A DNA stretch of 63,364 nt, counting the filler, from Guillardia theta CCMP2712 (taxonomy: Eukaryota > Protista > Cryptophyta): the NCBI RefSeq assembly GCF_000315625.1. It is 6 parts of 6 records of this genome, joined end to end, with 100 filler letters (N's around TTAATTAATTAA, not from the genome) between each part and the next. Parts side by side here need not be neighbours in the genome. Positions count along the whole stretch, not along the records: positions 38,631 to 50,888 come from NW_005434398.1; 5 more parts are not named here. One strand, 5' to 3'. The notes below the pieces were generated by a model, which was not told the DNA's origin, did no database searches, and worked only from the letters and a program-made list of their open reading frames with translations. A program made the translations under genes and the position numbers. Shown here one piece after another: positions 38,760 through 48,330 of the stretch. The stretch's first letter is position 1, and every line of letters begins with the position of its first letter.

Positions 38760-40092
38760 TGGCCGGGGGCCTGATCTCTCCGGGCGGCCGTGACCGGTCA
38801 GCGGACCGTGTCAGCAGGCCCGTGACATGTCAGCCGGCTGACAGGGGCCGTGACCCGGCTGACAGGCTCACCTGACCGGTCACGTGACACATCACGTGAC
38901 CGAGACAAGACTTTTTTATATCGCAGATCCAAAAACCCATAGGACATTTCTCCCAGGGGGAAGAAAACCTCCCTTGACCCCCCTGTTTCTCGACGGATCC
39001 TGCCGGCCGGGCCCGTCAGTAGACCGACTGCAGCCTTCAGCCCCGCCTCAGACCCCCTGGAGGCCCGCCAGGAGGCTAAGTGTCCGGAGATTGGCCGGGG
39101 GCCTGATCTCTCCGGGCGGCCGTGACCGGTCAGCGGACCGTGTCAGCAGGCCCGTGACATGTCAGCCGGCTGACAGGGGCCGTGACCCGGCTGACAGGCT
39201 CACTGACCGGTCACGTGACACATCACGTGACCGAGACAAGACTTTTTTATATCGCAGATCCAAAAACCCATAGGACATTTCTCCCAGGGGGAAGAAAACC
39301 TCCCTTGACCCCCCTGTTTCTCGACGGATCCTGCCGGCCGGGCCCGTCAGTAGACCGACTGCAGCCTTCAGCCCCGCCTCAGACCCCCTGGAGGCCCGCC
39401 AGGAGGCTAAGTGTCCGGAGATTGGCCGGGGGCCTGATCTCTCCGGGCGGCCGTGACCGGTCAGCGGACCGTGTCAGCAGGCCCGTGACATGTCAGCCGG
39501 CTGACAGGGGCCGTGACCCGGCTGACAGGCTCACCTGACCGGTCACGTGACACATCACGTGACCGAGACAAGACTTTTTTATATCGCAGATCCAAAAACC
39601 CATAGGACATTTCTCCCAGGGGGAAGAAAACCTCCCTTGACCCCCCTGTTTCTCGACGGATCCTGCCGGCCGGGCCCGTCAGTAGACCGACTGCAGCCTT
39701 CAGCCCCGCCTCAGACCCCCTGGAGGCCCGCCAGGAGGCGGAGTGTCCGGAGATTGGCCGGGGGCCTGATCTCTCCGGGCGGCCGTGACCGGTCAGCGGA
39801 CCGTGTCAGCAGGCCCGTGACATGTCAGCCGGCTGACAGGGGCCGTGACCCGGCTGACAGGCTCACCTGACCGGTCACGTGACACATCACGTGACCGAGA
39901 CAAGACTTTTTTATATCGCAGATCCAAAAACCCATAGGACATTTCTCCCAGGGGGAAGAAAACCTCCCTTGACCCCCCTGTTTCTCGACGGATCCTGCCG
40001 GCCGGGCCCGTCAGTAGACCGACTGCAGCCTTCAGCCCCGCCTCAGACCCCCTGGAGGCCCGCCAGGAGGCGGAGTGTCCGGAGATTGGCCG
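38760..40092. repeat. Tandem array of a 332-bp unit, left block (4 near-identical copies)
   Basis: GGCCG recurs at 38761, 39093, 39424, 39756 and 40088 (spacing 332/331/332/332). The unit is rich in TGAC/GTCA palindromes and CACGTG boxes. Confidence 0.97.
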
Positions 40093-40119
40093 CATTCCAT
40101 TGGGTTCTCAACTGGATTT
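40093..40119 (+). repeat. Left terminal inverted repeat CATTCCATTGGGTTCTCAACTGGATTT
   Basis: Reverse complement of 50232-50258 (26/27). Confidence 0.95.
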
Positions 40120-41164
40120 TATTCCGTCTCGGCGGGGTCTTTTTCTACCTGGATTTTTCTTAATGAATAGGTTTTGGATTTCAAAGTGAAAATTTTCCTT
40201 GAAATGTTTTACTTCTGTCAAACCACGCCATTTCAAATTGTGGGATCCTGCCAGCACCGTGCCATTTCTGGAATTTTTAAACGTTGTACAGAATGTACCA
40301 ATGTTGTACACTGTGTTAGTTTGGGAGACTCACGTTCAAGCAGATCGCGCCCTGTGGGCACCATGTTGTGAGATACATACATCAATGTGATGACAAGAAC
40401 ATCTTTTGATGCCAAATTTGACCAGATTTGAATGTATCATGTGGGAAAACGACTGCATTTCCTTTAAGCAGAGTGTTTTGAGGATGATGCATATCATGTT
40501 GCAATAAGAATTTTGTGGAAAGGAAATATTTGAATCTCAGTTCGTTGAGTTGCGTGTAAATGCAAATATGCTTTGAAGCATTGTGAGCATAGTTGTAACT
40601 GTGCATTGACTTGTAATAGTGTAAGGTATGCATTCAAATTTGCATGCTCACGCTATCCAATAATTGTGTGACTTTCCTTGTCATACTTGCACTGAAACAC
40701 CTCAATTCTGATGTGCCAAAGCCCTGATCAGCTGTTTTCACACTTTCAGAAGGGAAACATGAAAGGAATCGATCAGAGAGGCAACCTTCGAAGACATAAA
40801 GGAAATGCGATTCTCCTTATTGCGATGACGGCCTAGCTTCCTGTACCAGAATGCTTCGTCGGTTGTATATGAAACATATTTCAAGAGACTTGCTGGTGCT
40901 TTGCCATGATTGCATTTTTTGAGGCTTCTCCCAATGCATTCCACAACAGTTTGAGTCTTGTGAAATGCTCTCAACAGCCAGTGGGATGGCGATTATAACA
41001 TGTCATTGGAGTTTGTGAGGCACTGAGAGGGAGGAGAGAGGAGGGGACAGGGGAGGTGGGAAGGAGATGGGAGAGTAGGGGTTGGAAGGGAAAGAGAAGC
41101 CTGGGAGGTCACTGCGATGATATGCTGATCGCGAGAGACTGGGAGATGCCAGAGGAGAGACGGT

Positions 41165-43153
41165 TTACTCAAGACCACTAGCGAGGAAGGGATGCTTCAG
41201 AGCCTCCTCTGCAGTCATCCTCGTGCGGGGATCGATGTCGAGGCAGCGGTTGAGGAAGTCCCAGATCGCATGTTTCTCCTCCACCTCCAGCCAGCCCTTG
41301 CATCCCGCATCCTCGCTCAGGGCGCTTGATAAGGTCCGCCATGTTTGCTCCAAACCGCGGGCATAGCTCAGATACTGTTCCAATGGTCCGAACTGAATGA
41401 CATGAAGTTAGCATCCCCAGCTTAAGAGTCCCGCCACCATATCACCCTCATCCTCATCCTCATCCTCATCCTCATCCTCATCCTCATCCTCATCCTCATG
41501 ATACAACAACAGCAGCAACAACGACAACAATTTTACTTCAACGTCGAGCTTGAAATCTTCGATGACATCTCTGATCTTATCCCTGTACTGACCCGTATAC
41601 CCATAGTTGTGCTGGAACTCAGCGTCCATGCTCTTGATGTACATGCGCAAGCTGTTCAGACCATACAGTCAGACCAGCGCACTTACTTCAAGGCTTACAC
41701 AACGGGCGTACCCGTAGATCTCCATGACCGCCAAGTTGTCATTGTCATGCCGGAACCACTGGAAGCAGTGTGTCTGCCGGCACAGCAGGGTAAGCAGTAT
41801 CACCCCAGCGCTCCAGACGTCCACTGCTGTCGTCTGGTGGTGGCTGCCCATGAGCACTTCGGGCGCGCGGTACCCCCGGGTTCCCCCGCGGTTGACTGGA
41901 AGCCGTTTCAGTTTGACCCCTGAGTTCCTCACGGTCTCCGATGCGTTCGTCCTTCTGACGCCCAACCTTCGCCTCTTTGCAATCTGCTGCGCCAGGTTCT
42001 CAGAGGGCAAGATGTAGCCGTTGCTCTTCGTGGCAGGGAAATACTTGCTCATTGACCCTGACGTTGTTCTGCGGCCTGGTGAAGGCGTTTGTCCTGTGGA
42101 AATTCCCAGAGCAGTCTTCTGCATTTTCTTCTCTGCCAGCCCAAAGTCCACAAGCAAGTACTTCTTGTTCCTTCTGTCGTAGAGGAAGTTATTCAATTTC
42201 ACGTCTCGATGTATGATCCCGAGGGCATGTACAGACCTCATTGCTACAAACAAATTCTTCATGTAGTGGGTAATCTCTTTGATGGTCAAATCTTTGACGT
42301 AATCTGAGGGACTGTCATGTTCGAAGTATTCAAAAATCAAAGCCTGCTGCTCCTCGACAATGATTATCCCATTGGGCGCCAGTGGCGGACTTTGCACACG
42401 CTGTACAATGTTGGATTTTCCATGCAAGCTTGATATAAAGTTTGCTTCCTTCTTATGCGCATCCATAGTTTGAAATGGTAATAATCGTTTGATTGCTACT
42501 CGGCGATCATTTAACCTGTCGTAGGCCTCATAGACCTCCCCGAAAGTCCCCGAGCCAACCATTCTTGTTAAATCAAACTGCTTTTCTACTTCATTGAGAA
42601 ACCGCATGTCCACTGGGTAGATCATCAGCTCTTCTCGTATTGAAATTTTCTTGTGTGCAGCCTCTTGATACACAATGTTATCAGCACTCCGACTTCTGCG
42701 CTTGCGGTTTCGCAGAGTTTCCATACTTGCCGATCGTTCTTCCTCTGTTTCGCGGGCCCTCTGCCTCCTCTCCGATTGTCTCCTTCGTTGGCTTGCTAAC
42801 TGCGCAGATCGTTCTTCCTCTGTTTCGCGGGCCCTCCTCTCCGATTCTCTCATTCGTTGGCTTGCTAACCGCGCAGATCGTTCTTCCTCTGTTTCGCGGG
42901 CCCTCCTCTCCGATTCTCTCATTCGTTGGCTTGCTAACCGCGCAGATCGTTCTTCCTCTGTTTCGCGGGCCCTCCTCTCCGATTGTCTCCTTCGTTGGCT
43001 TGCTAACCGCGCAGATCGTTCTTCCTCTGTTTCCCGTTCCCTCCTCTCCCGTTTTCTTCTTCGATTGACCTCCAACTGCGCAGATCGTTCTTCGTCTGTT
43101 TTCTGCCAATGCATTGTTTTGTTGGGATAAGCAGAACATACACCCCCTGGCAA
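41165..43153 (-). CDS. CDC7: Cdc7 (DDK catalytic subunit)-like Ser/Thr kinase with N-terminal 23-aa STPR-like repeats; spliced 3' exons
   Basis: GSGTFGEVY, VAIK, HRDVKLNNFL, LVDFGLA, a long insert, then RGGTRGYRAPEVL..HQTTAVDVWSAGVILL (Cdc7-type). Further exons at ~41540-41652 and 41165-~41374 end RCLDIDPRTRMTAEEALKHPF. Confidence 0.85.
42720..43105 (-). repeat. 69-bp coding tandem repeat (~5.5 x ETEEERSARLASQRxRxSERRAR)
   Basis: GATCGTTCTTCCTCTGTTTC recurs mostly at 69-bp spacing. The 23-residue period and ETxExRxxRL consensus fit STPR repeats. Confidence 0.9.
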
Positions 43154-43182
43154 ATTTCAAAGTGCTCCCAAATATTTGGGAT

Positions 43183-44499
43183 ATGTCAAATCAGATCGTT
43201 ACATTTTGTAATCAGACGCAATGGGTTTGGCAAAACAGGCATAAATTATTCACGGCGGTGTTGACGGGCCTTGGCGCTGTTGACGGGCACATGTCGCGCC
43301 AACGATCAGCTGCGTTGAGAGGCATCGAGACCAGAAGAAATGGAGATAGAATGTCCTCCATTGAAAACATTGACTTTCAAGATGTACCACCTTCCATTTT
43401 GCATGAACCCCTGATCTTGGAGATTCAAAGTTCCCTCCTATCTCAACCTCAGAGTTCGATTGAAGCTCGATGGACAAATAGCACCCTGGGCTTACGGGTT
43501 CTTTTAACTCCTGGTTGTGGAATCCGCTATCATGAAGATGATCCTGCAAGAACCACAAGGTACGGTATAATCAAACGTTTGGTTTCCGATTGCAGGGTGG
43601 AGATTTTCATGTTGTATGACAAGAATGTCATACAACAGATTTTCATGTTGTATGACAAGAATGTCATACAACATGTTGTATGACTTTTGGACAAAGTTGA
43701 TGCAAATATTTCAAAGCATGGCTTACAAAACAAGTCCATGAGGCAGATTGTGAGGTCGATGAATGCGAGAACATGCTTCCAATCAGTGTACACGGAAGAA
43801 GTGGACCTGGACCTGATTCAGGATGTGCTAACTATTCAGTATCCATTCCTTCTTGATTCTATGTCGTCTCAAGCACCGCAATCAAGGATTATCGATGTTG
43901 TAGGGTACATTTTCTTCAATGAAGACAACTACAATCGTCGAAAGCCCTATTGTGAGATTTCGTACTTCAAATTGCAAGACCCTGAACAAACAATTAAGAA
44001 GATAGTATCTTCCAGCATCGAAGCTTCAGTGCTCACACCATCCGGTTACCTCAAGACAGTCTCAGACATCGAAGAGATTAAGAACAGCATGCAGCTATGG
44101 CTCACAGCCAGGAGTCGTACATTCAAGAAAGCAGGCACACAAGATCTTGACTTTACTTGCAAGAATATTTCAATGAGGAGTTTGCTTCGTTTAATTCCAC
44201 CTCGTCTTTTCAAACATGTCAAGGCGAAGAGGAACAAATCACAATTCACATGGATATTTGCAGAGAACATCGTTCAAGATAAAGCTTTCAGAGAAGTGTT
44301 AGATATCCCTTTCAAGTCGACACCGAAGCTTCAAGAAAATCTGACACAAATGTTTGTGGGCGGACCGATGTATTTGTCGTACAAACGGGGGAATATGTCC
44401 GTGGGTTTTGAAACAGTCGGTAGCATTGGTGGCATGATGGGCAAGATCCAATGGGTTGATTGGCGAGACAAGAAAAAGAGGCAACAGAGAGTGTTATAA
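43183..44499 (+). pseudogene. Transposon cargo ORF with BAH-like domain, split by an in-frame TGA (43681-43683)
   Basis: ORFs 43114-43683 and 43687-44499 share a frame. LTPGCGIRY...RYGIIKRL...VEIFMLY...TCFQSVYTEEVDLDLIQDVLTI resembles the BAH strand pattern. Start uncertain. Confidence 0.5.
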
Positions 44500-44510
44500 A
44501 TCATGGGCAA

Positions 44511-47192
44511 CTAAGAGTAGTACAAATTTACAATCGTTCCTAATCCTGACGTTAGCAAATTTCTGAATGCAAAAAAATTGCTCATATTCCTAGACATTTG
44601 CTGCAGAGTCGCTGTATCTACATGATCCTCGGTCATGTTTTCATGAGATCGTTTTCTACCTGCTGCTGCATTGCCTTCCATCAATCCTTTTCTCCAAGCA
44701 GGTCGTCCGCAAATTCTGTGCCTTAGTTCCAAACTTGACATGCTCAGAGCACCCAAAGTAACGTTTCGTTCTGAAAGATGATAGTGGAATAATTCTGCGA
44801 CATGTCCGGCAGATAAAAAGTGAAAATACACAGCACTGAAGAGTTCCTTATCGCCGCATTCTACGACGTATCTGATAACGAATGAATTGATCCTCGTCGC
44901 TAATGTACCAATGTCTTCATCGGTAAGATGGGAAACATGCGTACATGACAATGTCGAAAGTACGGATGACAACTCTTTGTAGATCTCAGTGTATCTATTT
45001 CGCTCATCAACATCATCATAAAGGAGGTCGAGTAGGGGTCCCATAGCTCGGTTCAACAAATCGTCGCACTGTTTGCCTGTCAAGTTAGGAAGCTTCCCAT
45101 TGCTTTCTTCCAACTTATACTTGATTCCAGACTTGTGTAAAATGCTTTGAGCTTGTTTAGTTCGGTGCTTTCGTTGAGCTGTTTTGTATACACACTTGAG
45201 GACACAGTATACAATCCGCAATTTGAGATGGAGAACACAAATGACAAGGCTTTTGCAATCAAGTCCATGTTCTTTCAAAACCTCATGTTCTCTTTCCATT
45301 CCGTGATCCTGCTTCAGTACGACCACCTTCTGCCCACGTTTCAGTGTCTTGCTCCTTTTTGACACATTCAGCTTAGACACGTCTGCCTTGCTCAAACATT
45401 TTCCACCGAACATGCATTGATGTACGATACTGCATTGCCCTCCATTGGTTAGCACTTCGTGAACCAACCAGAACACATCTGCTGGAATCGCTCTTTCCTT
45501 GCAGAAATCATCGACAGTGATGTCCTCAGGAACCTCCGCGATATCGAAGATGAGATGACGCTCAGCTGATTTTACATGGCAGTACAAGCAGCATTGATCT
45601 CCCTTGGCACCTATGCGAAAATGACGTTTAGAAAGGACACTGAGGCAACCATGCTATCAGCAATTACCTTTCATGCCGACAAGATGCCACAAGCCCTTGA
45701 GGTCGCCACGAAATTCAATTGAGAGGGGAATGATGAGCTCAGGATGAGCAGCAGGGTCACTCATGGACCGTTTGCGACCATCGATGCACGTCAAATTTCC
45801 ATTGTCGTCCCTGTAAAAATGCAGCCCAGCAGCTATCTTCCTTCCATCCGCACAGATCAGTTCGCCTAAGAATGCCTTCAAGTCAAGTCCATATTCATCC
45901 CAAAGATTTGCCTTGATATTTTCAATTGAATCTTGCAAATAGATCAGTAAAAATGTGACATACGATGCAGGAGAATTTAATCTTGTTTCTTGATCGAAAA
46001 AACAGTCTGCAAACTGCACGGCATCATCCCAGACTCCAATCAAATTCATTGCAAAGTCTGTATGCTCTGTTCCTGACTGAGCTGAACAGCCTAGTCGGAC
46101 GCTATCGAAGCAGGTGGACAACTTCAATCCTTTGACCGACATCAATTCTGGTGTCGACTGCACAAGCTTCATGAAAAACAGTTCCGTCACTTTGATAAGA
46201 TTTGCTCCATGGCCCCCAGGAAGCTCGACTATTCCATCAACCTTTTCTTCTACTAATCTTTTTTGCTTGGCCTTCGTCCTGCTGATTTCCGTAGGACTGT
46301 GCATAACTTGAAGCCCACTTTCCTTCATCATTTTGTGAAGATCGTCCAACGCCTTGTGAGTCAGTCCATTTTGCAAAGTCATAAGAGAAAGCTCGTCTAT
46401 TCTCGCACAAACAGAGTTGTACATTTTTTGCAACGCTTTCTTTATCCTCTTGTTGGTCTTGGCATGCTTTTTCAAATGAAAAGATGCAGATTGTGCAAAA
46501 CCATTCATAAACGACTCCAGGTGAAACAGTGAATCGGAACTTTGACGTAGATCACTGAGATGGCCGAAAGCTTTGCCACTTCCATTCAAGCCTGTCATGC
46601 GTTGCAGACCTCCAGAGAGCAAATTGGAGGTGGGAGTTATTTCAGCAAGAATGTCCTTGAGAATTCTTAGCTTTTTGTCTGCAGAATCATTGGAAATGTC
46701 TTCCAGATTTGCCGGGCATATCTCCTGAGGGAAATTTGCTTTCCAAATGTCCTCAAATGTCAAATTTAGAACCTTGTCAATGTTGGGAATTGCATCTTTC
46801 ATGCGCTGATGCTCACTTTTGAGTTTTTCATATTCTGCACTCAAGTGTGCCAACCGACTCGCGCAATTGAAGTAGCCTTGCAGAGTACTTCCAACAACAG
46901 ACGATGGCGAAAAAAGATATCCGTTTGCAACGTAGTACAAGAAAGAAGCAACATCAGGCTTATCAGAAGTTTTCTCCATGAAGCCTTCCAGCAATGCAAA
47001 ATGTTCAAGTCCCCTCCAGGTAGCTTCATCGTAGTTGACACGACGATAAGGTGTTGGATTCAAGCCTTGTAGGAATGCCATCGTGTAGCTGTCCATACTT
47101 CGAACAGGATAAGCTTGAACAATTCGCTGCATGTCGTAGCCATCCAAAGGGCGGCGGTAACAACATGGATGAAAAGGATTGAAATCTTCCAC
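44511..47192 (-). CDS. RAG1/Transib-like DDE transposase (>=874 aa; 57-bp intron at 45667..45611; 5' end runs toward the N gap)
   Basis: Splicing GTAATT...GCATAG joins FRGDLKGLWHLVGMK-GAKGDQCCLYC. Motifs in RAG1 order: STCFDS (D, 46104-6), RGDLK (D, 45702-4), CxxC, ICVLHLKLRI, YFHFLSAGHV, LGALSMSSLE (E, 44727-9). Confidence 0.88.
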
Positions 47193-47937
47193 ACGACATC
47201 CGCACTGCTACACATATAGAGAATACCAGAAAANNNNNNNNNNNNNNNNNNNNNNNNNNNNNNNNNNNNNNNNNNNNNNNNNNNNNNNNNNNNNNNNNNN
47301 NNNNNNNNNNNNNNNNNNNNNNNNNNNNNNNNNCCGGGAAAACTACTATTTGTTGCTAATGATTCCGCAATTTGATTGAACATTTCAGCTTAGTCTCGAC
47401 TTCACAGTTCGAGTATGAAATTTTAGAACAAATGTTGAGCCCTTGACATGGAATATTTCCACACATGGTAGAGAATAATTGCACAGGTTGTAATATAGTA
47501 GGGATATAACCCCCACCCCTGAACACCGTGGAAAACTACCCCTACCTACACTTTATACCGATTTATCATGATATTTGGTAGGGTAGGCCAGAGTGAATGG
47601 GTAGGTACTACGTTTTGTGTTTGAGGTTTGATCAGAAAAGGGGCTGTGTTCCCACTACCTACCCCCTTCTCATATGATAATAAGCGCACCCCACGTTCAA
47701 CTTATGTTTTTGGGGGTGTTGCTGGATGGTCGTAGGGTTTCACTGACTCTGCAGGGGTAGTGAGCAAAACAAAAAACTGTGTTTTGCTCACGCAGACAAA
47801 CACACATACAGAAGAGACAAACAAACAAACGAACAGCGACAGACAAACACACATACACAGAACAGACAGACAAACAGACATACAGAAGAGACAAACAAAC
47901 AAACGAACAGTTCAGGCAAATAAACAAACATACCCTT

Positions 47938-48330
47938 CAAATTTGAAATTATGCCCAAATATTTCGGATATGTCAAATCAGATCCTTACATTTTGTAATC
48001 AGACGCAATGGGTCGGGCACGCATGTCGCGCCAACGATGATGTTTTCCTGGGGTTGCAATACGCATAAGCTCACGATCAGCTGCGTTGAGAGGCATCGAG
48101 ACCAGAAGAAATGGAGATAGAATGTCCTCCATTGAAAACATTGACTTTCAAGATGTACCACCTTCCATTTTGCATGAACCCCTGATCTTGGAGATTCAAA
48201 GTTCCCTCCTATCTCAACCTCAGAGTTCGATTGAAGCTCGATGGACAAATAGCACCCTGGGCTTACGGGTTCTTTTAACTCCTGGTTGTGGAATCCGCTA
48301 TCATGAAGATGATCCTGCAAGAACCACAAG
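47938..48330. repeat. Internal direct duplication of 43151-43560 within the transposon
   Basis: 48073-48330 is essentially identical to 43302-43560, and 47938-48013 is a diverged copy of 43151-43226. Confidence 0.9.

Noticed and set aside
38760-40092. Possible CRISPR-like array
   Set aside because: Units are near-identical over their full 332 bp, with no variable spacers and no cas genes.
38884-40163. Repeated ~100-130 aa ORFs (MTHHVTETRLF...)
   Set aside because: By-products of the GC-rich tandem unit, mostly non-ATG starts, no domain signal.
42720-43105. Helitron call based on STPR-like repeats
   Set aside because: No Rep/helicase motifs. The element has TIRs and a DDE transposase.
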